A stretch of 64,000 nucleotides of DNA, taken from contig NC_047079.1 in NCBI RefSeq assembly GCF_902459465.1, positions 11,036,001 to 11,100,000 on the forward strand, in the 5' to 3' direction. Shown here piece by piece: positions 12,697 to 25,841 of this stretch (position 1 is the first letter of the stretch; each line of letters begins with the position of its first letter). This stretch comes from Asterias rubens (taxonomy: Eukaryota). Made by a program: the position numbers and the translations under genes. The notes below the pieces were generated by a model. It searched no databases, was not told the DNA's origin, and saw only the letters and a list, made by a program, of their open reading frames with translations.

Positions 12697-13536
12697 CGTT
12701 AAATTTGAATCATCGTAAACTGAAAGTATTTCGCCGACTCAGAGCAGGACGGAGTTTCAAATCTACTAAACTGAATAAGAACGAGCTAGTCATAAAAAAA
12801 TGATTCACAATTAATCAGCCCGCTTGCAGTTAATAACAAAGAACAAAGAACTCCCGTTGTGCTGTAAATAGTTTAGAATACAATTTCATAAGGGCTATTG
12901 TTTTGTTATTATTATTCAACATTGATCAACATTGTTATCAACATTTACCCATAATCTATTTAAACACGGGAAAATCAGTAGATGAACAAGACGTTTTATT
13001 CTAGTGTATTTCTGTATACTCCAATTTCTAGTGATAATGAGATGGGAAACAATGATCGAATAATGTATTACATTAAATAAAATGGGGGTGCCCTTGCCAA
13101 CGGCATACACTCGGGGTATGTTTGTTCACAAATAAATGGCTTCAGGAACTGTGTTTGTGTACTACCAGTCAGGCAGATACATTTAAGGGTCAATTTGTTA
13201 TCAATTGTTTTCACTTCATTAATTTTTACCATAGTAACATGTGTTGATGTCATGTTAAAAGAAAAAATGTAAATAAATTAATACCGTTGCAGTAAAATAT
13301 ATTCCCAACGTATACTTATTGCTCTCAAACTACTGTATTGTTAACCCCGCCTGTCGCTATTGTTTTCCCAGACAATGCCCCAGCGTGAACACCTGTGCGC
13401 ACACACAGTGGGCAATATGCAAATGAGACACCTGTTCTATCAGAGAGATACCAATCAAAGCTCATATGTGCTTCAAGAGGGCGGTATTCAATTGATAATA
13501 ATTCATTGCTTGTCATTTTGTACCATTTGTCTTTAA

Positions 13537-13934
13537 AGGCACTGGATACGTTTGGTAACAACAAAGACCAGTTTTCTTACTTGGTGTATACCAACATAAT
13601 ATGCATAAAATAACATACCTGTGAAATTTTGGGATGAACTGGTCATCGAGTTTGCAAGAGAATAACAAAAAACACCCTTGTTTTACTCTGTGTGCTTTCA
13701 GACGGTTTAAAAAATGTTTAAGCTGAGGTCCCTTGTTTTATTATTTGAGGGGAAAATTACCTCTTTCTAATATTGTACTTAACTTCAGAAGGAGCAATTT
13801 CTCACAATATAGCACTGAATTTGAGAGTTACATTGATAGTTTATTATACTATAAACAGATCTCCTTTACTCATAACCAAGGACGTTATGTACGTACAATT
13901 ATTTTGGAGTAACTTTCAATACTATCCAGTGTCT
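13537..13934. mobile_element. Kolobok-type MITE, diverged copy
   Basis: TTAA flanks and degenerate TIRs. Inserted into the repeat at 13477-14338. Confidence 0.7.
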
Positions 13935-14377
13935 TTAATCTATCTTTAGCTTCTTTAGGGGGTCACTTTGTGCTTCGTGACTCCCGGGGCTGAATCATTT
14001 CAGCAATGTCTCCGGCGGTTGGTTTATCATTTGCATCATGAAATTTGTTGTGAAATAATAGTCCACTAAGAAATTTGGCAAGGGGGTATTTTGGGTACGT
14101 AGTTGAAGTCATGGTGGGCAAGTAGTTTGCAGAAATCGGACGTGTAATAAACGTTTTAAAATAGTTATTCACTTATGCAAATCTTCAGTGTGACGTCATT
14201 TTATAGGCTCAAGGCTGAATATCATGATATAGTAATTCGCGGGCCACGAAGTTTGACGTCAGTTAAGGATAAGAACAGGGGGCCAGTCTAAAGTTCCCAC
14301 CAAACTTGACGACCGTTAGAATTAAAGAGCGCCCTCAAAAAAAAACCTTTTGATTTTGTTTCTCAAACTAATTGTTA

Positions 14378-14511
14378 GGCCGTGTCCGAAACGACGACTT
14401 CGGCTACTATACAGCTACGTCTAGATCAGCGCGTCTACCAGTGTTGAAGAATAGGCAGACGCGCGCGATCTAGCCGTAGCTGTAGCCGAAGTCGTCGTTT
14501 CGGACACGGCC
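14378..14511. mobile_element. Harbinger-type fold-back MITE (134 bp)
   Basis: Perfect 30-bp TIRs GGCCGTGTCCGAAACGACGACTTCGGCTAC, TTA target duplication, almost fully palindromic. Confidence 0.85.
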
Positions 14512-16338
14512 TTAGACGCGCCTGTCGCACTATTGTTTTCCCAGACAATGCCCTAGCATGGACACCTGTGCGCACACACGCTGAGCAATATGCAAATGAG
14601 CCACCTGTTTTCTCTCAGACCAACCAATCAGAGGTCTCCACATTATATTTACCCTTGTTTTCTAATTTTGCAATGAATTGTGAATGATCGATTGATTCTC
14701 ACTGGTCTGTATCTATTAAAGGGACACTCCAATGAAATGATCGATGGTTCTGATTAATTATACTTTTATAACGACAACGTACTATAGGCTCTATTTTATT
14801 GTGGTGAGCTAAGTTGTGCCACAGATAATTGTTTGTTTTAGAAAGTAGATGCGTCAAAACATAATGACCCCAAGTTCTGCCACAAGCCAGAACACCAGTC
14901 CCCTCTTAAAACAGAGTCCCCTCTTAAAACAGAGAATTATTAAAATGCCATTGTCAGCGCATTACTAATGGAAGTAAATGGCAGAATGTCTGGAGAAATG
15001 CTATTTCAACATAATCAAACCTGTACCCAACATTTCTGCCCTTTCTTGACAGAAGGAAATGATTTTGTTAATAATAATTCTTCAGACGACAATACAAGGA
15101 ATTAAAGTATTTGCCATGGTTGGTGACAACATTTTTTTTAAATAACTTACAATGGACTTCCAAACACTACAAATTTTGAACATGGAAACAACACAAACAC
15201 GAATGGAGATGTAAATAAAGTTGGTTCCCTTTAATAAAGTATTACAGAGGAATACTCTCAGATTTAAAATACCACATCTGTTGGTCTGGTCCCCCCCCCC
15301 CTCTCCACCATCCCTGAACCGTAGCCACGTGTACGTAATACACTTTGGCTTTGTCATTCGCGTTACATATACGTGGCTTAAAATCAAAAGGTATTGTGAT
15401 AATAATTGATAGAACAAAATAACCAAAACACTGACTGAGATTTGAGTGAAAATAGAGGTCATATTTTGCCGAAGCGGTATTTGTGTGTTGTGCGCTGCAG
15501 AGATCCTGTTTTTTTTACGGGCATACCTTCGAATATATTTTTTACTCATCAGACAGCGTGAAAGATTTTCATCAACTTTTGTTTTGAAAACTGACGTACA
15601 AGGGTAAGTTTGTAGATTGTTTTTCAAATATTACGGAGTAGGCCTACAACTGACTTTGTGTGTTTGAAGAATCAAAGTTATTTTTTAACTCTCCGGTTGT
15701 CGAGAAAAATCATTATGACAAACTATTAATTAAGTCTATAGCTTTGTGACAATGACGCTAAAGTGTAATGCTCGCTTCCTTGAAGGGGTAAACTTTGATT
15801 TTTGAGTTCTGTTTGGTGCGATGAAAAGTTAAAAACTGACTTGTTAAACATGTATTTTGTATTTAACAATTTGAACGTTTAAAATATTTTGGACAATAAG
15901 TTCTCCCTGTCAACTTCAGCAAAAATTCATTTAAATATCATTTGCACAACTTACAAGTTTACTCATTAATATTAAATCAAATGGGGTTTCTTTTTAGCTA
16001 CTATCTAGTTCACGAGACGAGTGGATGACACTGACTTTGGCCCAATTTCGTAGAGCTGCTTAGCACAATAAAACTACGCTTACCTCAATAAGGTTACCGG
16101 CCAAACGACCATGTCACATGTACAATTTATGAATGGTTCCCTGCTCATTTCTGCTTTTTAGCAGAAATTGTTATAGGCATACCTTCTTTTACACATCGAG
16201 TCTATGAAACTGCCCTGCTGGGCACCACTTCAATTAGTAAGGAGGTGTCGATCATGGAGTGGTGTCAAATTACCAATATTAATTGTTTTATCGATTTTAT
16301 CATTGAAAGGTTGATCAGCAGATCGATTATCGGCTATA

Positions 16339-18082
16339 ATGGAAGGATGTGGCTGTGGCGTCATTAGGGTGATCATATCACCCATCGTCATCGTGTACCT
16401 CTTTCTGACGCTGGGGGCAGCAGATACAGTGGATTCGATTTTCCCGGCTTGCAAAGAAAGAACCCATGCCATCAGTAAGTACTATATACGCTGTTAATGC
16501 ATTATTGCTTATTCTTGTTTACATTAAGTGTGCACATTTAAGATTTGTTTGTTTATTTATTAGACTATCTTTTTAGAGTTCTTTAAAATACAACGAGTGG
16601 ACACATAATTATAGTAAATTAAATACAATACAATCATAAACGACATAGGAATCTGAGGAGTTGTCAAGGATTACAAACTAGAAAAAGCGTATTTTCATTG
16701 TTGTCCTCCATAATTTTTTTTTTTAAGAGATTACAAACGAGCAATTATTTGAAATTAATGTTTTCTTTCCTTGTTCCCAGAAATACCAAATCTGGTCGAC
16801 CCCAACCCATGTATATTCAGGTGCCCAACAAAGGTCGAGATGGCTTGTGCAAATGATGGCACGAGTCACATCAACGAGTGTTTCCTGTGTAAGGACGCGT
16901 GTAACAATCCCGACAGGCCTATCTTTAAAGTATGCAATGGGCGGTGCCCGTGTAAGGGGAAACCCCACGATGATGTCATGAAGACAGTAGATGATTGCAA
17001 AGACGGTAAGTCAAAATAAAGATTTATGTTAGCTTTTGAATGCTAGTACCGCATATACAAGGTTAAAATCCGTTGACTCGTATGCGCTCCGAGAGTAGGT
17101 CCATTTCCACGTTCGCACGTAGCGTCCCCCAAAAAAGTTTAAAACTGCGGGAACGGAACGAATCCAGTTTCCGTGTCTTCTTTCTCTTTTCTAGTTTACT
17201 CTGTTTTGTTCTTCACTTCTATAATTCTTCTCATTCAAATAATAAACCTCAAGGAACAATGATTTTGTTAGTTAATCTATTTGGGGTTGAAAAGCTGAAA
17301 GAATCACCTGATCGGGATTTGAACCAACGACCTCCTTAACTAACGTGCCGGTGCTCTACCAACTTAGCTATCTAGCCCTATGTTGGCGGTCTCCCTATTT
17401 TGTCAATATCTGTAATTCTGGGATGACAGCCAGAAAGCCATATAACATTTTCATTGATGAATAATCCACTGTTTTTTTCTTCTGGACAAATACAGGCAAA
17501 TGTGCGGTAGATGCTTCCGACCACTACGACGAAGACTACGGACTGGATGTCGAAGCACCCGAGGCTAAATACTCGTATCCCGAATACACACGAGAGCAAT
17601 ACGAGAACGGGGATGTCATCCACGAGCTGGATGGGTACTCACAAAGAGGGGACGAGGAGATGGTAGATGGGGGGTATGGTTATACTGAAGATGAGGAGCT
17701 CCGTGAATGGGAATATTATGAAGAGGAGTATGAAGATATTGAAGTAGAAGGGGATGATGATGCAGAAGTAGAAGAGGAGGAGGATGTGGAAGGGGAGGGG
17801 GAAGAAGGGGAGGATACACTGCAAGAAGGGGAGGGGCGGGATGGGGGAGCTGGGGATGGGGTGGTGGATCATAAGGAGGAAGGGAAGGAGAAAGTTAAGG
17901 AGGTTATTGTTGACATGGAAGAAGATGGTGGGCAGGGTAAGGGCAACAATCAGAAGGGGCCTGAGACGGGTAAGGAAGGCGAGGGTGTGCCGCAGAAGGG
18001 ATCCAAGAAAGCCAGGGAAGAACAAGTAAAGGATAAACAAATTAAAGTGGTGGTTGAAAACAAGGAAGATATTATCAGTTAA
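16339..18082 (+). CDS. Secreted Kazal-type domain protein B with acidic Tyr-rich tail (315 aa; exons 16339-16474, 16781-17005, 17496-18082)
   Basis: Hydrophobic leader MEGCGCGVIRVIISPIVIVYLFLTLGAA and Kazal-like C-PTKVEMA-CANDGTSHINEC. Same intron phases (1,1) and the same 12-Cys spacing as gene A. The last exon is D/E/Y/G-rich then K-rich. Total 948 nt in frame. Confidence 0.8.
17305..17382 (-). mobile_element. tRNA-derived SINE head in Kazal B intron 2
   Basis: A-box TAGCTAAGTTGG and B-box GGTTCAAATCCC on the minus strand, without a complete cloverleaf. Confidence 0.55.
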
Positions 18083-21000
18083 AGACCTCAGTGGGGCATG
18101 ATGCATTTATACTTAACAACTCTCCTATCATATTATTATTAATTTTAATTTTAATTTATTTATCCATTAACTTTCTTTTGGAAAAACAAAACCACTAAAT
18201 AACATAAATAAATATTAAATAACATTATACTTAGTGCTTCATACACAGTGAATAAGTATTTTACAAAGAATTACAAGAACATGAAATATCATAAGCATTG
18301 ACAAAAAAAAAGAATATTATGTTATACATCCAAAACAAAGTAGAATATTGTTTCCAAATATAATTTTTTGAAAGTGTTTAGAGTCGGGAATCACATAATG
18401 ACGTCCAGGAGATTGTTCAAAGTTGTGGCGAGATGGGTATAAACACAATGGACCAACCACAAAGCTGCTTAAACAACAAATATTGATTAACCGTTTCTGC
18501 TTAGCAAAAATAAGCATGATACCAGTCAAAGATGGTGCACGAGGAATAGTGTTTTGACTGGTTACTACTTAATTTGTTGGTCTTGGCCCCTTTTTCTGCA
18601 TCTGACATTGGGCCCGTGGACGTGGGCAAGTTCAATGTGTGCGTTCACTATAGGCCTATACTTATCCTGTTTATATTAATTATTTGCATTCCTTAAAATT
18701 GTCGACTTTTAATAAAAGTTTGAATTGTGTTCATTAAAAAAGGCAAAGTTATATTAACAGTATTTCTTATCAGAGTGTCACATTATGTTTTAAAATAAAA
18801 TATGTCAATACTATTCTGCGTGAAATAATATATTCAATGTTTCAAAGGTTCAAATAATATTCGCGAAATAAAGTCTACAAAACTACACGCAAATTATACG
18901 TAAATCAACAACCAGGCGTTTCACTTCCCTTGTTTTTAAGTGCATAATATATAAATAGTTTTGCAATTTCACGCAATTTCATTGGTTGATCTTATGTGCA
19001 CAGATATTGAGTTGCACCTGTTTTGCAATTTCACCCAATTTCATTGGTCGATCCTGCGACGCGCACGCGTCTCTCGCAGCCAATGAAGTTCAGTGGATTT
19101 GTCACGCGCGGTCTTGCACAGACAAGTGCACGCCTATTATTATCCGGAGGTCGTACGATGTAAAATGAGCAGACGTTAAATTTCTTAGTTTTTTACAAAG
19201 TTTTCAAAAATGTTAGAATTTGGCTTGTGAATGACTTTTTGATGAACGACTCTGAGATCGTTTGGATTTGTCTTTGTACACCTTTTTCACGGAAGTTTTT
19301 TTTACTAAATAGTGAATACGAAATGTTATGCATCTTTTTCTAAATGCTAAAACTCATGAAAAGTTTAAAACTAGGTTCACGAAATTGTTTTGTTGTTGTA
19401 AGCATCACTTCAGCTGTGATGTGACAAAGGAGTAGTAGTGTTTGTAGAGAAGGGCTAACGAACAACACAACTTGTTGATTCACGACTCACTTTGTCGGGT
19501 TCCCAGACTGCCCATGCCCGATGTTAAAATTACTAATTAATTAGTGGTTAACAAACATGGCGCCACCACACATGAGAGTGACATGAAGTTTTGAACAACA
19601 TGTTCATACCACTGTAGTATCTCGATAAGTTCTTCTCTGATAAGTTTGTAGGTTATGTTGTACATTAAGCCAAGCACATGTACTGATATAGTAAAAACTG
19701 TTTTAATTTAAATTGCGGACAATGAAGCAACAGTGTATTCTATCAAACATTCCGGACTCAAAGTATACCCTGAGTTCACTTCGTCATGACATACATTAAA
19801 TACGAAACGTTCCCGCATGTTTCGTGTTTAACATAACTTACAAGTCAAAAGCCCCATTTACAGCCTAAAAACATAACAATGGCAGCAGCTGTTGTACATA
19901 CATACCACGTGTATAATTCTTGAACAAAAACCTTTTTGAACTGGCTTACCTTGGTACGACAATCAGCGAGGGTGGACAGCGACCTTTTGGTTTCCTGTTT
20001 TCATGAGTATTGTCTGAGGTAGATTTATCGTCTGCTTACAACACACAATCACATGTTGTAATTTTTCTTGCAAAGTTGTTGACAGTTCCAAACATAACTT
20101 GCGAGAATTTACGTGTACAGCTTGTACAATGAAAAAGGCGTTCTATATGCCTATCCTGGGCAACTGGGAAGCGTAAATTAACCGCATTTTACAAGAAGAA
20201 CACAGCAGCAAGACGGTAGAGCAAACTTTATTCCACAAGTTTCTACAATGTCAATACATTGCTGCAACTACCTGATTGAGGGCGCTCTTTAATTCTAACG
20301 GTCGTGTAAATTAGCGATAACTAGACTGGTCCCACGTCTTATAACGATAAAGACAGATTATTGGTTTAAGAGAACGAGTGAAATCATTTGATACAATGTA
20401 CACGTATTACATTATACGTACGTCAATCCTTGCCAAAATCACCTTTGACCTCGCATAATTAAAAAACAAGTAAAGTGACGTAAAACTTAAGATTTGCATA
20501 AAGCGAATAATTATTTTAAAACGTTTATTTCACGCCCGATTTCTGCTAACTACTTGCCCACCATGACTTCAAATACGTACCCAAAAGACCACTCTGCCAA
20601 ATTTCGGTGATTTCTATTAATTTACATCGAACTTCATGATGTGGTTGATAGACCAACGACCGAAGATATTGCTGAAATATTCAGCCCCGGGAGCCACGAA
20701 GTACAAAGTGGCCCCCTAAAGAAGCTAAAAACAGGTGAAAACAAATTAAATTGCAAGTAATGGCTCGAAATTGACAAGCAATGATCCAGTTGATACCGCC
20801 CTCCCCCACTAAGGATGGGTTTGAACCGGGGTACTTGGAAAGTGAACGTTAGGGAAATAGTCTACTGATCAAAATTGATATCAATGATCATTGAAATTAA
20901 GTCGACCACCATTAATTGCCTTGATGTTAATATTTCTTGCAACCATTCAAGTCTATGTGACCCAACCGAGGGGAAATTATAAGACCAATATTGAGCAAGC

Positions 21001-21239
21001 TGTCCTTCCCCTTTTGTATTCATAAGCGATCAATAGATAGGGTCCGTGTCACAGACACTAGCATTTTCTAACTCGCATTCATCCAGAACGAAATTAGTTT
21101 TTTAAATTGAGCACTGATTAGACAAGTTTTGGATAATTCCATATATTGAAAAGCTATCCTACTGGCAATGTTTCGCCTTGTAAAGGTTTAAAGATGGATA
21201 ATGTTTTAAATTATAGCAAAAGTCTAGTCTAGACTTTGA

Positions 21240-21610
21240 TTAACCGCCACAGCATAATAAGATAATAACCTGCTGGTGAAACACCGCGACGTTTCGATTA
21301 TTTACGTAAGTGTCTTCAGGATTATTATCAGCCAACATTAGTGCAGATACATGTTTGCAATTTAGATTTTTATGAACCACCACACCATAATAAGACAATA
21401 ACCTCGTATTGAAACACAGCGACGTTTCAATCATTTATGTGAGTGTCTTCATGATTACCACCCACCTTATTAGCCAACTTGATTGCAGAGACATTTTTGA
21501 AATTTTTATAAGACTTTGATAAACCAGCTGAGTACATTGAAACACCGCGACGTTCAATTATTTCTGTTAGTGTCTTCAGAATTAGCTTTACCCACCTTAT
21601 ACCCAACTTA
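21240..21610 (-). repeat. Three diverged tandem units of about 130 bp with hammerhead-like cores
   Basis: GAAACAC.GCGACGTT(T)C..T.ATTT...T.AGTGTCTTCA recurs at 21287, 21420 and 21548. The minus strand reads (C)TGAAGA...GAAACGTC. Confidence 0.6.
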
Positions 21611-21611
21611 A

Positions 21612-21989
21612 AGGCAGTGGACACTATTGGTAATTGTCAAAGACTAGGCTTCACAGTTAGTGTATCTCAACATATGCATAAAATAACTAACCTGTGCAAA
21701 TTTGAGCTCAATCGGTCATCAAAGTTGCGAGATAATACTGAAAGAAAAAACACCCTTGTCACACGAAGTTGTATACGTTTAGATGGTTGATTTCGAGACC
21801 TCAAGTTCTAAATCTGAGGTCTCGAAATCAAATTCGTGGAAAATTACTTCTTTCTCGAAAACTATGGCACTTCAGAGGGAGCCGTTTCTCACAATGTTTT
21901 ATACCATCAACCTCTCCCCATTACTTGTCACCAAGAAAGGTCTTATGCTAATAATTATTTTGAGTAATTACCAATAGTGTCCACTGCCT
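21612..21989. mobile_element. Kolobok-type MITE family 1
   Basis: Complete TIRs and TTAA on both sides. Confidence 0.85.
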
Positions 21990-24178
21990 TTAATGCACAG
22001 ACATGACTTCGATTAAAACCACCACCGAATAATAAGAAAATAATTGACGAGCGTGTGTGTGCTTTTTATACTCTCGGAAACGAAATGTCCACAATGAGTG
22101 ATGGGGATAGTGGAGTTGAAGCTAATAGGATGGACAGCGAACGTGATTTTTCCCCGTCTGATGTGGTAGGATTGTAGATGGATTAAGATGGAAGAGAGTG
22201 CTCGGAAATTAAGAAAAGATAATTCTTGAATCCATCAAAAGAGCATTATTTACTGTATTTTCAATCATTGATTACAAAACCTACTCTGAATAATGAGGGC
22301 AATGGCCGAGCATTGGGGCATGCGAAGCCTTTGTGGCTTTGTGGTGACGTGTATTGTTTCTTGCTTTTTGGTGATGACAGAAACACTGGAGTAATAGTCA
22401 CGTGGGAAATCAAGAGAAAACCCTGCTTCGAAAAACTGAATTCGAAGACAATTATTATTTGTTAATAATTTAAACTCAGATAATTCGTTCTGTGGGTTTG
22501 TCTGCCGATGGATTTATTCTGGTTTTGTTTCAGTGTGATTTCGCTTTTGTTAGTGTTTTTGTTTGCTGTGTGCCGAAAAGAGAGACGAGATCATCATTTT
22601 TATTTGTTTAAATTTTTTGTTTGCTCGTGGGATAAGAACCATTCGGTCTCCCCTGTCCACACAATTTATTTCAAATACAAAAGTTTTTTTTTTCAACAGA
22701 GTCAATAGAGAATCAAAGGTAACTGAAAGTTTACATCGAAAACCTTCTTGTTTGCCACAACAAAACCAACCATTGAAAATGCTCTATTTTTACAAACATA
22801 TTTTTTTCTTAAAGGATAAGAAACATTGTGCACCAATCCTTATAGGTAAAATATTTAAATCTCCCCTGTCCACGACACAAATTATTAATAAAACAAACCC
22901 CTTTTTTAACAGTGTCAACAGATAATCAAAAGTAGCTATGGAGGACGAAAAGTGGCCATCTGCTTTTTCTGGTATCAGAATAACAGAAAAAGCAGATTAT
23001 ATATATATTTTGTTATGAAATGCAATTTTCACAAAACGTTCAGTCTGATTTTCAGATAGCAGGAAAGAAGAAAAAATTTAGTCTGATTTTCAGATAGCAG
23101 GAAAGATGAAAAGAAAGACAAATTCATATTAAAAACACATTAAATCTGCTTTTCTGCTATTCTGATACCAGGGCCCAATTTCATAGAGCTGCTTAAAATA
23201 AGCAAAATTGCTTAGTAAAATCAGATTACCAGCCAAGACTCCACTCAATTGTAATGCTAATTAAACAACAGCTTAATACTAGTCATAAGCAATGTATATG
23301 GCAGGAAATTTTGGCCGGTAACATGTGTAAAATAAGCGAGCTATTTTCGTGCTTAAGCAAATTTTTTGCTTAAGCAGCTCTATGAAATTGGCCCCTGAAA
23401 ATAAGATGGTGAATTCTCGTAATCCAAACATATAACTGAACGTATCCTTGGGAAAACCTTCTAGTTTGCCACACGTAACCAACCATTGTCACATTATTGA
23501 CTCCCGAGTTAAAAACATTATTGGCAAAAGGCATGCATGCAACTGGTAATTACGCACAACGATCGGAATGTTTCATTGTGAAATAAGGGGGTTGTCGAGA
23601 AGTGTTTTCAATATAATTGAGCCAATAATATTCGCAAAACTGCGAACTTGGGGGAGAATTACAGTGAAATACTTGTAACTACTGTGTTAAGAAAAAAAGA
23701 TTTGTGCAAGATTTTTTTCTGCAAAATGTCCTGTGCCTCATGTTAAATGCGCCATTTTGTTTATAGATTGAGTGACAATTGGCTCCCCTGTGGTTCCGTA
23801 TCTCACAATTTAGGGTCGGGGTCAAAGGTGGACAACGATTTTAATAAGAACTTAATCCCCACATGAATGGTGAATAGTGAATTAACGATATTCAAGATGT
23901 ATGACACCTCTCTTTGCCACAAGACACCCACAAGAAGTGTTTTTATTAGTTTTTTTTTTCTCTGAACGAGTTTTGACAGGTGACAAATCGAAAAGCATGC
24001 TAATTGTCTTGCACAACCACGTACAACACACAAAGTCCATTTTACAAAGATGGTGTCTTCATCACGACAATAAATCATGTTTAACTTATTGTTAAACAGT
24101 TTTAAAACTATAACATTTACGGACACAAATATGGTAGGGGCACCCCCGGGTCATGATAAGGCTAACATACTGGTTTAA

Positions 24179-25841
24179 AGGCAGTGGACACTATTGGTAA
24201 TTACTCAAAATAATTATTAGTAAAAAACCTTACTTGGTGACGAGTAATAGGAAGAGGTTGGTAGAATAAAACATTGTGAGAAACGGCTCCCTCTGAAGTG
24301 ACGAAGTTTTCGAGAAAGAAGTAATTTTCCATGAATTTGATTTCAAGATCTCAGATTTAGGATTTGACGTCTCGAAATCAAGCATCTGAAAGCACACAAC
24401 TTCGTGTGACAAGTGTTTTTTTCTTTCAATATTATCTCGCAACTTCGACGACCAGTTGAGCTCAAATTTTCACAGGTTTGTTATCAACCTCTCCCCATTA
24501 ATTGTTACCAAGTAAGGTTTTGATTACCTTTAAGACAATAAAATCATCCCATAAAATTTATATTAAAAATACTAACTTATTATATTTAAAATTTGGACTG
24601 TTCATCTTTTGCACTTATGTTATAAATCTGTAAGTGCAAGTTGTTCGTTTATACACTGAAAAGGTATGGTTTTAGGCCATTGTAACATGTAATCCTGTCT
24701 GAGTTTTTGTCTGTCTGGCTTCGCTTTGTGCTGAATAAATCATCTGCGGAGGCCAGAAGAAAACGGTGGTTTACTCTAAACAACCACGTATTTCTTAAAG
24801 GCACTGGACATGTTTGGTAATTGAAAGAGCAGTGTTCCCATTTGGTGCTATCACAACATTATGCATGAAATGACAAATTAATAATTATGTGGAAATGTTG
24901 ACCTCAATTATTGGCCCCCATCGAAGTTTCAAAAGAATAATGAAAGAAAACACACCACAGGTGCACATGTGTGCTTTCTGATGTCCAATATTAATGCCTG
25001 TGAAGTATTTTAATATTTGAGTGAGAAATTGTCCCTTTTTCAAATATTACGTTACTTCAGAGGGAGCCGTTGCTCACAATGTGTTATACCGCCAACAGCT
25101 CTCCGTTGCTCGTTAACAAGTAGTTTTTATACCACCGAGGAGTTACCAATAGTTTCCAGTGCCTTTAATATTATAGGCCTAATTTACTATACATGCAACA
25201 AGCGGATTCAACCTTTCCAAACCGTAAACCGTCAAAGTCAAATGTAATTAAACTGAGGCGCCTTTCGGTTTGGAAACTTTAGTCAGCAAACTGTCATAAA
25301 TTATTCACCCAACAAGTCGTTTGTCTAAACACTCTCAGAGCAGTAGTGTAAATCAACGATCGCTGCGCTCGCAGCTTAATCGAAAGTCGTAAATTACATG
25401 TTAAAATCGCCAAAAAGGTAGTGTTTATTACAGTTTGGGTGAATAATAACTACTTTGATGATAGGTTAGCAGCACTCGCTGAATTAAAGGCACTAGACAC
25501 TATTGGTAGTTAGCATAAAACCTTACTTGGTATAACGAGCAATTGAGAGCTGTTGATAATATAAAACATTGTGAGAAACGGCTCGCTCTGAAGTAACGTT
25601 GTTTTCGAGAACGAAGTAATTTTCCACTAAAATATTTTAATTTGATTTCGAGACCTCAGAATCAGATTTTGAGGTCCAGAAATCAAGCATTTGAAAGCAC
25701 AATGGTGTTTTTTCTTCCATTGTTTATCTCGCAACTTCGACGACCAATTGAGTTCAATTTGCACAGGTTTGTTATTGTGCGTTATGTTGCGATACGCCAA
25801 GTGAGAAGACTGCTTTGAATTACCAACTGTGTCCAGTGCCT
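24179..25841. mobile_element. Cluster of three Kolobok-type MITEs (24179-24530, 24799-25164, 25488-25841)
   Basis: TTAA/AGG termini and family 1 internal sequence. The first copy is rearranged. Confidence 0.75.

Noticed and set aside
15082-15627. 181-aa minus-strand ORF
   Set aside because: No recognisable domain, non-ATG start, AT-rich composition with a homopolymer, and no fitting splice sites.
11121-18082. One four-exon gene with two Kazal domains
   Set aside because: The splice is phase-compatible, but a separate signal-peptide exon at 16339-16474 and a terminal exon at 12680 (ETCPK*) complete two parallel 12-Cys proteins, so two genes fit better.
17616-18106. Minus-strand Pro/Leu/Phe-rich ORFs and an alternative plus-frame Arg/Gly ORF
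   Set aside because: Shadows of the low-complexity GAR-rich Kazal B exon.
21769-21977. Recurring short ORFs such as MVDFETSSSKSEVSKSNSWKITSFSK
   Set aside because: All fall inside copies of the non-coding Kolobok-type MITE, with frames broken differently in each copy.
22090-22465. Possible decayed LINE ORF1
   Set aside because: Only a vague resemblance with several stops, and no diagnostic motif could be confirmed.
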